DNA of 64,000 nucleotides from assembly GCF_009914755.1 (NCBI RefSeq), contig NC_060938.1; one strand, written 5' to 3'. Below are positions 38,945 through 53,129 of this stretch, piece after piece. The notes beneath the pieces were generated by a model. The model was not told the origin of the DNA, searched no databases, and saw nothing but the letters and a program-made list of their open reading frames with translations. Source of the stretch: the human T2T-CHM13v2.0 reference genome, Homo sapiens. Both the position numbers and the translations under genes were made by a program. How positions within the stretch are numbered: position 1 is the stretch's first letter; the number at the start of each line of letters is the position of its first letter.

Positions 38945-40867
38945 CTAAGGAGAGAGAGGAATGAGAAAAGTAAGACTTTATTAGCAGGTATTAGCAGAGA
39001 GATTTCACTGTGCTGCTCCCTCTCCACCTCCACAATGAGAAGCAGCACCAAGATTCTACTCTCTGTGGCAGATCACCGTTACTAATTACAGTAGCACCTT
39101 TAAATGTGCAACATTTTCTCAAATAGCTCATGGGACATTTCATTTGTTACTTTTCCTTATGATAGCTTTGCTGGTGTATGCATCCAGGCGGGAGGGAGTG
39201 CCTGTGTGGTGTTCCTACATCACACTGAAGGAACAAATGAAAAAACCAATGGACAGGCAGAATGAATGAATTACCCTAGGAATAGCTGGGGTTCCCAGCT
39301 ATTCAGGAGAAGCAACACCCCTGAATTGTATTTACTGGCATCTCATGAAGTATTAAAAATCAACAGCTTTTAGTGAGACAATCTACAACCATCTATTTAA
39401 TATGCAGCCTGGACGTTCCACCAAGTCCACAGCCCTTCACAATTTAATTGTGTTACTGACGAGGGCCAAAACACACCAAATCCCGACTTTGATTTATGCC
39501 TTTCCCATTGGTGTTTGTAAAACACGGTCTATTGAAATATTAGGTCTTTTAAATGGGAACATCAAATACCACAATATCAGTCAATATTTTCCCAAGCCCA
39601 GCCAGCCCATGATAATGTATTTAAGGAAATGGTATGCAGGTACAGAATATGAAATTAAATTTGTCCTCACTTTTCTTAGCCAGATCTTTTCCAAGGAGTC
39701 TATACAATGATGTGAACCAGAAGGCAGAACAGAGGCTGAACTGTAACTCTCCATGTATCCAGAGTCTGATATCAGGGACTAATTCCTGTGGTTGGGGCTG
39801 GGAACAACTGGGGTTAGGGTTCTGTGGCTCAGAAATCCTTTGAGCAAAGAACAGGTGATTCTCCGCAGGCAATAACTTTGCAGAAAGCCCTGTCATCTGC
39901 ATCCTGACCAGGCTCTCTGCCTTTTAAGAATTAGTAAGGCCGATCCTACTGATTTCACCCAGTGGTGCTCTGCATCATTTTGGAATGTCACTAATCCATT
40001 TCTTCTGCAAAACCCAGGGCAACCTGAGTCTTCTCTTTCTCTTCTTGACATCTTCAACAAATAAATTATAACCCTGGGGCTGCCATCTCAGCTAAGCCAC
40101 CAGCAAAGACAGGGTCAACACTCACAACAAGTGTCCCCAGCCAGGTTTGCATGTGATAGAGGGACCTTTGGACCAGTCCTCATGTTGATAAGTTAATCTC
40201 TGCTTGGGAAACCTCAGCTGAAAGAGCTCCTGGTACCTCTGTCTGGTGATGCCAGTGAAGACCTCCACAGATCTTCTGCAATGCTAACGCCAATAGTCAG
40301 TCAACTGTCAGACACAGGGTTTGGGAAGTTCCGAATGTGCCCAGGCTGTCCTGCTGAGTGATGTGGGTTCTTGCCAAGAAGGGTAGAGGTGGCTAAGGAC
40401 TCCTGACCTCAAGGAGTTTATAGTCCAGGAAACATATAGTCCAGGTTGGTGCAAATGGCAGAGCCAGGGCTCTAGCTCAGATCTGTACCACTTCCTGGCC
40501 ACACTCTGAACCTCATCACTCTACGGCCTCTACTTCTTGCTCTGCTTCTAGTTTTTATACATTATTCAGCAACATGGACCATCACATCAACACAGAGTGG
40601 TTAAGTGTTGTGCATAATAAATACTGACCATAAATATTTGATCAGTGCTGCTGTCCTGGTATTCAATGAGCTGTTAACTTTCAACTAATGGGCTTGTGCC
40701 AATTTACCCACAGCTATTAATTTTCAGCAGTGATTATGCTGCTGTTCAAACCAGACCCTGGTAACCAGGACAGTGCATCTGGAATGGAGCTAAGGGGAGC
40801 CCCCGGGCCACGACCAGCTAAGATTTGCAGAAATACAGTTAAGACTGGACATTTTGCTATTTGAGTA

Positions 40868-41232
40868 TTGGCATGGTCCAAATGTTTGTGTTTCCCCAGA
40901 ATTCTTATGTTGAAACCTAACCCCCAAGGTGATACTATTAGAAGGTGGAATCTTTGAGAGGTAGTTAGGTCATGAGGGCAGAGCACTCATGAATGAGATT
41001 AGTGTCCTTATAAAGTGGCTGAAGCGAGACCCCTCACCGCTTCCACCATGTGAGGACATGATGAGGAGGTGCCATCTATGAATCAAACAATTGGCCTTCA
41101 CCAGACACAGGATTTGCCAGTACCTTGATCTTTGACTTCCCAGCCCCCAGAATTGTGAGAAATAAATTTCTGTTGTATATAAGTCACCCAGTTTATGGTA
41201 TTTTGTTATAGCAGCTTGAATGGACTAAGAAA
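40868..41232 (+). mobile_element. MLT1A-like MaLR LTR
   Basis: aatgtttgtgtttccccagaattcttatgttgaaacctaacccccaagg...gagaaataaatttctgttg...tggactaaga. Confidence 0.9.
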
Positions 41233-43149
41233 GTAGTATCATTTTAGTTTTTGTTTAAAAATTCCCTAGGAATTAGGAGCGTTAGAATATGGAAGGCAGG
41301 GAGGTAGAGCAGAAAGAGCACTGCATGAAATGAGGTCAGGATACCTGCTGCTGCAAATCTGCTGTATGACCTTGAGCTCTAAAGTCACAGCTGCTCCACA
41401 CCTCAGCCTCCTCTTATGTCTATAAAAAAGTCTCCAACGCTAAATGCCAATGGATAAATTTAGGTGTCAGAGTTGTTAAAATTTCAAATTTCCTTTTGAT
41501 ATATTTTGTGTTCTTAATATCTCATGGAAAGAGTTCTCTTTCAATGCTATGCATGTAACCTACTCAACCTAAAAAATGATTATAATAAAATCATGACTGA
41601 TACCAGGCAGATATAGTATCAATATATTACTGTTGATAAATAATAAAATCATGTATTTTATTTTTTATAATACTATTATAACATAATAGTATTATTTTAT
41701 AATAATATAATATTATATATTATAAGACCTGTGCTCCGAAGACCCAGACCTGAGCTCCTTAGGTAGTAAGGATAGAGGCAGCCATTCCCTCGCAGTGAGA
41801 GAAAGGCCACACGCCCTTTCTTCCCCCACACACGTAGGCTAGTGCAAAACAGGGCAAGTCAATGTTTTTTTCTGCAAGAAATGTCATCTGAGGATGTCTG
41901 AGTGTGGGTAATGCTCTTGTCTACTGACTCACTGACTATGGCGGGGCCGTCAAAGCATTGCGTCTGCTGCAACATTGTGCTTTTTGGCAAGGGAAAGTGA
42001 GCAGATCTGTTTCTGCGATTGTGGTGCACTTTCCTGAGGTTAACTTTGCATGAAGCCCGGAGCTCAAGAAAGGACCACATTTCCTCAAACCAGGCTCACC
42101 AGAGTGGAGGTGGGGGAGTCAGTCTAGGAAGGCAGGGCGGAAGGATCATTTTCTATCTGCACTGTAGACAACAAGCACCTGCGTATTTTGAAGTCAGGGT
42201 TGTGCAAAAGTGATCCATTGACTCTTGCACCTGGGTCACTGCAGGAGTCCTGGAACAAGTTAGAAGGCCAAGTTATTTTCTACTGGACTCTACAAAGGTG
42301 TGCCAAACTCTCCAGCTGGGGTTCGGCACCCTTATTCAACTGGGAGCTCTAGGAGCTGCCACCTGGCATTGCCATTTTCAGCTCAGGACTCTGCCATGTG
42401 TTCTGGCCCCCACTTGTAAGCACAGCTTACTCCTTCTGAGTCAACAGAGCCATGCTTGTCTAGGGGGTAGAATGCTTGGGTTCCATCTCTGAACTCTCCC
42501 CTCACCAGCAGGCCTGGCTGTGGCTTGTCCAGTAAAATGACAGCTTCATGGTCAGCCTATGCTAGCAGGTCCAAATCAAGAGTCCTGGTCCCTGGGAAAA
42601 TAGCCACACCTTATCTAAAGAGGTCAATCTGCTTGTTAGGAATACTGCCAGTGCCAGTGATTCATAGGCACACATCCCAGTTTCACACAACTGCAAGTCT
42701 GGCCATGACACTCTCTCACTCTCATACACATTAACAGACACTAGTAACCCCTCCTCTTCCCCCCGAGATGACCTGAGGGAGGGGAAACCAAAATAAACAC
42801 AAGCTGTCCACGCCTCACCCCTCCCGAGTGAAAGCAGGTAACTGCTAGGCATAAATTTTCCCACTGGTCAAGCCAGAGACCCCTTTGCCTTTGGTGGCCG
42901 CATTAGTTTCTATCCTGATGGGTCCTGTTTCAAGGGCTGATCTGTGTTTAGATAGTATCAACATTTAGCATGAGGGCCCTCCCACACCCCTTTCCCTTTG
43001 GGTTTGGGAGGCACAAAATCTTCTCCTCCATTCCTTCCCTGTCCCTGTGTTGAGGATCCTCAATCACCAGTATCAATTCTCCAATCCCTCTACAGTGCTC
43101 ATTATGTGACTGAATAGGGCAGGGTCAGTAGAAAAAAAATTTATGAAAA

Positions 43150-43390
43150 TGATTACAAATAATAGTAATTTAGATTTATATGTGCTACATACTGTGCTAA
43201 TAGCTTTGAACTCATTCAATTCTCTGAACACTCTAGTACGTAGGTACTATTCTCATAAAGAATAGTGCTCTATTCTACTGATGAGAAAACTGAGGCTTAG
43301 AGAAATTAAGCATTTGCCCAAGGTCACCAAGATGGTAAATGACAGCGCTATATTCAAACACAAGATGTTAACTACTATTCCATATTGCTT
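43150..43390 (-). mobile_element. MIR SINE
   Basis: gatgagaaaactgaggcttagagaaattaagcatttgcccaaggtcac. Confidence 0.8.
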
Positions 43391-45248
43391 TCCCAATTGC
43401 CTCGCAAACTTGGCCACAGTATCAGGGAAACAGGGCTACCAGGGCCAAGAATTCAGGCCATCTGGTTAGGTTATCCAATCCAGTGTTTGTACAGCCCCCT
43501 CTGGGAGGGACGCCTACGTGGACGACATCCAGGTATTGTCTATGCCACCTTAGGAAGAGCAATTTTACAATCTTCCTTGGTAACCTGGTTCATGGTTTAA
43601 TCATTAACCTAAACTCTTGTTTTAGCAGAATTTTATCAGTGCACTATTGATTGCTCTATTCTGTGTGGGAAGACATGAAAGAAAAATGCCTGTACCATCA
43701 CCCTTCCCAGAACTGAAGACTGTTATAAAGTTATTCCCTTTAGCCTCCTCTACCCAACTCAACAACTTAAATGTTTCCCCAGATTTCCACTATCCGTCTC
43801 CCACTGAAATCACGGAAGCTGCTGTTGTTGTTAAAGAAGCTGAGGCTGTAATGCCAGCATTTCCATGTCATCATTATCTCTGTGTCACAGAGGCTGGAGA
43901 AAGGAGGAAGGAACTAGGGAGACCTTCAATCCAAGTTCACTCTCTGCCTCTGCACCAACAGCAGCAATCTGAGGCTCTGGCCTCCAGCAGGGCTGTCTGC
44001 ATTTTCAGATAGATCTAGCCAATTCTCCTTGAAGGAACTCGAAATGGGCCCCACGGGCAACAGTGCAGTAAGACCCTGTCACGACAGAGAATGAATGAGA
44101 CGACAAGACAGCGCTGTGCAAAGGGGATGCAGGAAGAGAAGGCAGGAGTCATCCACTTAGAGCTGGATCCCCAGCTGGACCTGAGCGTGAGCCTCCAGAA
44201 GAGGTCACCGCAACTCAGCTGGGAATATTCTTCTCATTGCTTTTTAGGTTATCCATCCTTGTTTCCTCAGCAGAAGTGGTGTTTCTGTTAAAGCCAGTTA
44301 TTTTCTTCCCCGAAAGGTCACCTGAAAAGTGTATTTGAAGGGCCAGATCATAAGCCTGACATGCCAACACAAGTCATCAGCAGATGTTGTTTCTGGAAGG
44401 CTAAATTCAAACCACTAACCAGAAAAAAAACTGCCCTTTGATCTGAAGCACAACAACAGTAATAAATCCTCTTTATCACCTGACCAACAGGGCCTCTCTT
44501 TCCTTTGGTTTGTGACTGCCTTAGATAGCTGGCTGCCAATAAAAACTGCCCCTTTCCCTTCTAAAAGGCACAGTTCTCAGCGAGTATGAGAATGTGCAGA
44601 GTGCGCACTCAGTCACGCAGGAAATGCCCTTCTCTGGATTCAGGGGCAGCAGGGAGTATTGCTGACAGCTCAGCGCTGGTCCGGTCAAGCTCAGAGCCCC
44701 AGAATTGAGGCCCTGAAATAACAATCGACCCCTCTCCGAGGGAAAACTAGCCCCGAGGTGCGTAGTTCCCTGGGACTGGGGCTTGCTTTGTGTCTGGTGA
44801 AGAGATAAGGACACACTGCTACACTCAGGATGAGAAAGGGACAGGATGGAAAAGCAAGCACGAGCAGCCTCACGTCCTCCATGTGTTGGCTAAGTGGGGC
44901 AGGGATATTCGAAGACCTGATCTCTTCTCCCCGACCCCCTGTTCTGTGCCTCGATACTTGAGCCCTAAACTTCTGAGCAGGAACTAAAGATGGTCCATAG
45001 TTCCTAAAGATCCAAGGTCAGAAGGTCAGAGATACGGCTGAGGACATTAGAAAAGAGCCAAAGAAACCAGGTACAAGAAGAAATTTTCCACGACTCAGGT
45101 GTTTAGTAAGTAGCAGATGGGAATTACATAAAGGGGAAATAGCTTAATTTTATATCTCTCATCACAGGAAAATACTGAAATAAAGTTTCTTGGCACTGTA
45201 GCTCCCCAACACCCCAGAGCTGAGAAGCCTGCTCCTCTCTTGGCCCAC

Positions 45249-45406
45249 CTTGTGCGCAGTTTCTGCAAACTGCTGGGCGCTGTTCTTCAGGTCTTCTGTC
45301 TTCTCCTCTGCTCGGCCTAATCGCTCTCCACGCTCATTCAAGGCCTGGCTTGCCTTCTGCACTGCGCTGGTCACGCTGTCAGCAGCTGAATGGAGGATGC
45401 TGTTTC
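45249..45406 (-). CDS. STXBP6: STXBP6 (amisyn) penultimate coding exon, R-SNARE (synaptobrevin/tomosyn-like) coiled coil
   Basis: Translates as (G)NSILHSAADSVTSAVQKASQALNERGERLGRAEEKTEDLKNSAQQFAETAHK, recognised as the amisyn C-terminal region. Acceptor tctcctcctttcag|GA (AG at 45407-45408). Donor AAG|gtggg (GT at 45247-45248). Length 158 nt, phase 1 in, phase 0 out. Confidence 0.97.
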
Positions 45407-48099
45407 CTGAAAGGAGGAGAGCAGGAGCATCAGAAACTGGCTCAGCTGACCCACAGTGACCAGACTCCGGCAGGGTGAGTATCCTGTAAGAGGAAGGCAG
45501 GTCACACTGCAGAAAGGCCGCTCGTCTAGTGTCTAGGAAACAAGCCGACATTTCTTTTGATTGGGTTTGACTGACGCACTTGCAGCAAGAACACCCACTG
45601 ACTGCAGGACCTAGGAAAATCCTAAATGCTTCTCTATAAACTCATCACTGACATGCCAGTCATTTCCATTCTGCCAGTATTCTATCTGTGGAGGCTCAAA
45701 AGGATGGGGCCTGTCTGGATTTACAACTTGGCTTGCAAAGATAAATGAAAACGTTGACAAGTTCACAGAATTAGGCAAGTTCAATGAGACATATCTGGAT
45801 CTTATGTTATTTCCTTTTGACCTGTGGTTTCGGTGAATAACCATAGGAAAACTGGGACCACAGAACTTTTCTAGATAGAATGCTCTATATTCCTTCCAAT
45901 GCTTCTTCTTCATTTTACCCCTTCATCCAGCAAGTAAAGAACACCCCAAAATGTACAGCTTCATGTAAGAGCTATGATCCAGTCTCAAAGCTCAGAGTAG
46001 ATGTGTCTGCTCCCAACCTTGGATTCTGTACCATGGCTCGGATGGTTGGGACTCCTTACCTCTGATCTCTAGTATGTGAAATACGGAGCCTCAGGACCAT
46101 ACTTAACCAGCAGGTACAAAACAGTGATAGAAACCAGCCCTAGAAGAAACTTGGTACTCCCAAACTCAGGAGTGGTGATACCAAGAAGGTTGAAAGCCAT
46201 TGCATCTCAGAGGGTCATGCATTCCTGACATCCCATTTGCCGGGACTGGGCAGCAAAATTCAATAGTGAAGAACTTGCCAATGCATAAATCACTGAGAAA
46301 TAGCAACTTGCAAAATGACAACCAAAGGAAATTTATAGCTGTATTTTGTTAACACTGAGTGTGAGATATTTAATGGCATTTTATATAATGACTTTATGTC
46401 TTTGAATAAGTTTATTACATCATTTAACTTTGTACCTGGGATGGATACATCTAGCCACAGATAGCTTTTAATAGAAACGCAATTTCCACTGGTCTCAGCT
46501 GCAAAGGGTTCTTAATTTCTCCTCTGTGGGCACAGTCTGTGGTTTGTGGAAAAGGATCTCAGGCAAAGAAAGTGCCTGGACTGGAGGAAGCACTTAGTAA
46601 ATGTTTTTCCATTTTTCTTCTTTAATGGTGGATTTCAAGGGATTCAATTATGCACTGAGGGGAGGAGAATGGGGTTAACTCAGTGTTACTCAGTTGCATC
46701 AAGCACTACATGAACCAAGATAAATCAGCACAGATAAATAGGGAGCAGAGGAAATGCAGTTCTAGGCAAATCTGGTTGAATGCAAGGTTGGAATGAAAGG
46801 TCTGGGTCTTCAGAACAGATTTAGGAGGAGAAATCTTGGTCCCCTTTGCTTTCATATCATACTCATAACTATGATAATAACCCATCCATGCTGCTCAACA
46901 CTTGAATAGCACTTTGCAATCATAAAGCACCTTCACGAATATTATCTCACTTGATTGTCACAATTCTGCTGATAGGATTGAGACTAGCAGAGGTTAAGAG
47001 GCTTGCACAATACCGTATCACTAGGGAAGTGACATGGATAGCACTTGAGCCTGGTTTCCCAGTGACTTTTCCTTATTCTCTACCTTGTTCTTTGCAGATA
47101 TGGTGTTGGTTCAGAGAAGCAATCACTAAGACAGAATTGTGCGCAGACTAGCATACAGATAGGTTTTGACAGGTTATTTCCCAAGGTAACGCCTGACCGT
47201 TTCTGTCCTCAAGGTACTCCTCTTGGTAAATTAAGAGTTATTACCCATGCCACATGGAAAGTCAAGTTTTCTCAAAAAAGGAAGAGGCCAATGGGGTGGA
47301 ACAGGAAGATGGGGAAGGGCGCAGAGGAGTTGGGAGAGGGCACAAGAAAATCTCCTTTTCCTGCCTCCTTCCATATATTCACAGCTGAGCCACCAGAGGA
47401 CTGGGAAAAGATAGGGCAGGGAAGCTGCAACTTCACCACTAGGAATAGCTTCCTTAAATCAAAAGGATTTTAGAATTAGCTGCTATAAAATTAAGAGGGT
47501 GTATAACCAAGACTTGCCTTTTCCCACTGGAATTAACCTGCATGATCTTCACTCGTGTTTCTGGAATGAACCTACTACACATAAGCCTTGCTGCTTTGTT
47601 GCTTGAAATTAAGCTTGCACGTGATGTCAGGTAACATCACACTCAGTTTTATATGATACTGTTTAACAGGAGACATTATAACTCATAGAGAACCAGATGC
47701 TGTCTTCACTGTTGAAAGATGACATTGCTGACTACTGCCAATAGGAAATCCACCTTCAGTTATTTTCAGGCATCAGGATGAATTCGAACAAATTTCATTT
47801 CCTTGGTTGAAATAACCTCTTCCAGTTTCAATTCTACCCACATTTTAGGCACAGTGAAGTCCCATCACCTTTATTAAGCTTCAGGTCAATTCCAATCTCT
47901 CCCTCCACTCAACTCCCTAAATAATATCTATATCCTTCTTGGGTACTTAATTAAGTACAATCACGGGCAACTCTTCTCCTACTTGACTTTTTCACCTGTA
48001 GATGCAATGACTTCCCAGCTGGATTACAAATTCTCAGAGTGCATCATTTCGCTCTGTTGACCATTCCCTAAATCTTTAATATTTTTCCTCTATTGACTT

Positions 48100-48545
48100 A
48101 GATCTTCTGCTGACTTATTTTCTTCTATCTGGGATCCTCTTGCTCAAACTGTAATCCCAGGGTTCTTTCCCTCACTCTCTTCTCCTTTGCACTCTACAGA
48201 CTCTCTCTGGAGCAATCTCATCCAGCTCCTGACTTCCATAACCAAATCCTTATCTTTCACTAGGTCATGCTGCTGAGCTCCAGGCCCATAGGTTTTCTTA
48301 TGGAAAAAGTCCAACAGAATGACCCAAAGTCATCTTAAGTTCAGTAAGTCAAAACCTCAACTCATTATCTTTTCCCTCCACACCTGTTTTTCCTTTGGGT
48401 CCCCTACTTAGCAAACAACCCCAATATCTGCCCAGGTCCTGAATCCAGCCGGAAATCTGGGAGTCTAGTCTAGACACCTTCCTCACTTTTATCCCATACA
48501 ACTAAAGGTCACCTCCTATACAGCTCTCTACACTCTTGCCTTTTT
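48100..48545 (+). mobile_element. L2 LINE fragment
   Basis: ctgctgagctccaggccc...aactcattatcttttccctcca...aaatctgggagtc. Confidence 0.6.
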
Positions 48546-51500
48546 ACCATCCTCTTGCCTCACATATACACACAATCTTTACCACATCTATGATAATTAC
48601 TAGAAATAAAATTGCTGGTTCAAAGCATACAAACATTTTTAGGCTCTTGGTGTATGTTGAAAATTGCTTCCCTGAAAGATTTATTCAACATTCAAAACTA
48701 TTCATGAAGTACATACTACGTGCCAGGCACTATTATGTTGACACAACTGGCAGAATGACTTTAAGGGAGTGATTTAATTTGTCTGATCTGTAAAATGTGG
48801 GTTGTGCCATTTACCTCACGTGCCTACTGTGGAGATGAAGATGTACACGCAGTGTCTCCAGGTACTCAATGGAAGTTTGTCCCTCCACCCCCCTTAAGAC
48901 TACATCTTCTTTCTATGTAATTTTGAAAAAAATGGCACATCTCACCCAGTTCCATTGCATGTCATTCTCTCTTCTCTCCTATCTCGGGGCTAAGTGTTTT
49001 GAAGCTTGCAGAAGATACTCCTTACATACCTTTGTATATCCTGCTATATGTAGCACAGCATGTTGCTCAGACAGGGAGTTTCACACGTATTTATTAAATC
49101 ACGACATGTTTTGTAAATAGGATGCCTAACTCAAAAGTTGGGACTCATCATATTGTGCTGAGTTAAATCTGGAAATAAAGCAGCCTCCTGAGGCCAACAG
49201 CATAGTAATTCTTTCTAAATAGATAGGAAGCATATTAATACCCAAATTTATTCAAGCAGTCTGAGAAGCTGTCAACCATGGTAAATAAAGTCAACTACTT
49301 TTGGAATTAGTCTCTGGAGATAGAGCAGAGACCAATCTTGCTCCACTGATCTTGCCTTCATATCAGTTCCACTTAATGTGTGCTTTTAAAAAAATATATA
49401 CGCTGACATCTTTTATGTTAAGTGATTTAGAAGACTTCATTGAGAGAGCAACTGGAGATAAAGCTATAGCATTGTGTTCAGTCACTGAGAACACAATGAA
49501 AATAAATTTAAATGTAGAGAAAAATGAGAAAAAAGAGTAAAGTATATTGAGAAGTGATAAACGAAGAGAAAGGAGGAAACTTTTTAAGAAGCACATGCAA
49601 TACACCAATAGTTCAATTATCTACATAATTTCATTTGATCACCCTACACATCAGGGTGTATCTTGGTAATTAAAATCCTTAATTCTATTGCTAGTAAAAG
49701 GCAATTTCAACAGAATTTTCAGCAGCTACTTCTATAAAATACATATAGAGATATTTGAAATATAAAATATTCATCCTGTTTGGAAAATAAGGCAGCAAGA
49801 AAATAATCTAAAACATAAATAATAAATATATGCCCATCTATACTCAGTGCTGAGTCAATGTGCTTATCTAAGAACACTCTTTTAAAACAGAGATTTCTTA
49901 ACAGTTTTGCTTGGACTACTTCTATTCCATAATCAATTTAACCACTTAAGAATAACTACCCAATAAACCCCACTTATCTAAACTAACTTAGAGGAAAACC
50001 AATTTGAATTTTGGGAAAATATAAATGTGTAAAATAGATATGGGTTCTAACAAACACAAAAATTGGTAGGGAGACCTATTATATTTAATCTGTTTATAGG
50101 CCAGGAACATTAGTGACTCTCACATAATATGCCAAAAGTATTCAATAATAATTTATTCTCTGCGTAGATGAAGTAGGCTCTATTCTATTCTCATCTACTG
50201 AGTTATTTTTCTTAGCAAAGCTATTTTCATGGTTAGTACCTAAGGTACAATTAAGTCTTATTAAGTATAAGTGACACACAAATTAATTTCACTGGATACA
50301 AAAAGGTAGGATTCACCTAAGACATGTTTTTTTCTTTTTTCTACTTTCGCTCTGTGACAATTTCATTGCTCAGTGTTTCTGCCACTAGAACATATATTAG
50401 CAAAAGAAAAGTCACATAGAGATCTGGCTCCCTGACAGCCTGGTCTCCTTTCAGTCCCAAAGCTACTCAGTGTCAGTTAGACACTGTTCTGCTTCCTGTG
50501 ATGAGTGGCTCTACTTCTGCCCCCATCCATGGTCATTCAGTTGCATGATAATCATGATGCTCCAAAGGAGGCTCTGTTTAGTACTGTGACTGTCACTAAA
50601 TATTTTATAGATGAATAATAATTTAAGTAATCATGACGATATTAGCTTTTACTTCTATGAACAGAGTGATTAAATGCAAAGCCTACCCGGTGATAGAAGT
50701 TGGCTCTTAATCCACAAAGTCCATTAATTATCTGTGAATTTAGGCAATACCAAGCTCTTTCTATATTACATTGATTAATCAATACTAAATCACATCACTG
50801 CATTTCAATGTTGGATAACCTCTAATATCCTCTTTTAAGATGGAGATTCTTCCAAAAAGTTAAATTTCATCCATACTTTTGTGATAATGACTAACCAGAA
50901 AAATTCTTTTAAAAATTCTGGTTAAATCAAGCCTTTCCAAACGGAAGAGTTGTTAACCCAAGCTGGGCAGGATGCAGTGTGAACATCAGTCAATCACAAT
51001 CACAGAACAGCTACCATACTAGGTGGCAGGTACTATGGTAAGATGTTACATTCCTCAAAGGGAGATATTCTTACCCTTATGTTACAGTTAAGGAAACACA
51101 TGCACAGGGAGGTGAAGTAGCTTACGCAGGATTAGCCGCGAATTGACTCCAAAGCTCTTAACATCTATGTCGGCATTTGCCAAAGTGGTTCTGTGAGTTA
51201 CAGTGCTCCAAGGAAAGCTCAATTCTATGGCAAAATGACTTCGTGAAATGAGATCTAGCCACACTCCTTTATTGCAGAACTTTGGAAAATCTTTAATGCG
51301 TTAATGTAAACTGAATGAAAAGGAGGTACGGGTGAGAGCAGGAGAGGTATGGTATGCAGAGCTTCCCAAACATATTTACTTATAGGGCTTTTTTGCCGAG
51401 TATCTTAGTAGGGTGAAATTCCGCAGAATTTGTGCTCAGAAATGCTACAATAGACTACACTGACTCCTAAGTTAAAGGAGGAAAAATAAATTCAGGCTGT

Positions 51501-52424
51501 CCTCATCAATTTAGTAACAGACAGGTCATGTAATTACATTCAAAAGGCTTGCTTTATAGAGGCTACGGAACAGATAGCGTGCTCAATGGTGGTTTCAGAA
51601 TTATCTTTTGTCTCAAGTTGGTGGCTAATTTCAAGGACCAAGAAACTTACTTGCTTGTTGCCTGGAGCTGGACGACAAAGAAAAATGGACTTAATGCTCA
51701 GGAATACTTTGTAAGTCCATAAATGCAAAAGCCTACTTGAAGGACACCTTGGAATTATTGATTGCTGTTGTTACCAAGAGAAGAATGGACCATTCTATTA
51801 GGTCTTCTTTTGGCATTGTGAAGGTAATGCAGTGGAACACCAGCCTACTCCCAAGTCACAAGCATGTCTGCCCCAGAGGCTAACTAAAGTCTCAGGAAAA
51901 AGCCCAATGCTCCCTCCCTGTCATATAGACAACTATGAGTTCATACTCTCCTCTCAATTCACTGTTTCAATCTTCTCATTGACAAGGATCAAACATTTAG
52001 GATTTTATTCAGGTCTCTTTAAACACTTAAATTCAGGATATGCATAAACACTCATGGATATCTTTAGGATTTACTTAACCTTGGTTCTTATGAATAGTTA
52101 CAGGGTATCAGGAGAATGAATTCAATAATACTTCTTTTGGGTCTGTTTTGTTCAGAGATTATCAGTTTCTCAGAATACAGGGAACACTTGTTTTGAGGTT
52201 AAAAACCTAACGTGGCTCTAAATTTGGTAAAACAGATTTTGTTCTGTCTTGGGTTATGTTTGCTGACAAACCAGCTATGATCTACAGGTCTCTACTTTTA
52301 TTACAGTTGGCAGCTAGGGACTTTTACTCTAACACTCTAATAACTGTTAATTTCAAGTCCTTACATATACAAATTGAAAACTCTCTACACAATGCTACTG
52401 GTTAAAAAGCAAATTTTCTTCAAC

Positions 52425-52615
52425 ATACTTGCTACTTACCAGCTGTGTGACCTGAACAAATTACTTACCCTGTTGTGCTTCGGTTTCCTCACCTGTCCTA
52501 GGGATTGGTCTAGTATCTATCTCATGAGATTGCTGTGAGGAATAAATGAGGTGATGCGCAAGTGGGGCATTTACAACAGTGTTTGGCCCATAGACACTGA
52601 ACCTTAGCCATTACT
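52425..52615 (+). mobile_element. MIR SINE
   Basis: cttaccagctgtgtgacctgaacaaattactta...ggtttcctcacctgt. Confidence 0.75.
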
Positions 52616-53129
52616 AATGAGATTGTTACCTGGCACTGGAGAGTCTTTCTGTTAAGCTCTCTACTTAGCTCATCTTTCTTTCCCTACTCTCATCACCATG
52701 AACATTCGTGAAGGAGGAGTCTGCCCCTACTGTTACTTTCGTATGCCACAATTCTTTTGAACTTCCAGTGGACCACCTCACCCCATGCTAACAACACTGT
52801 TCTCTCAAACTCACCAATGACCTATCGAGTCCATTGCCTATTTTATGTTTCCTCCAGTTGGCCATGGGACCACAAATTGACTGACTACTTCTGAAGGCCG
52901 CTCTTTCTGTTGGCTTCTAAAACACACTATTTCTTGATCCACCCCCCGACCCCTGTCACTTTGATTCTTCCTTCATTCCCTTCCTGATTAGAGATACAAG
53001 GTCAGAAAGATCTAGGCTTGAGACTGACTTTGCCAAATATCAACTATGTGGCCTCAGATAAGTTACTTAATCTCTATGAGCCTATGCTTTTTCATTGGTT
53101 TAATGTCAATAAAAAACAGTACCTATTTT

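Larger units (their letters stand above)
38945..45248 (-). other. STXBP6: STXBP6 last intron (6.3 kb, GT-AG)
   Basis: Bounded by the canonical donor and acceptor described for the two exons. Confidence 0.93.

Noticed and set aside
45162-45551. 129-aa ORF as a standalone gene
   Set aside because: Only 45249-45406 is exonic (STXBP6). The flanking codons are intronic read-through, bounded by canonical splice sites.
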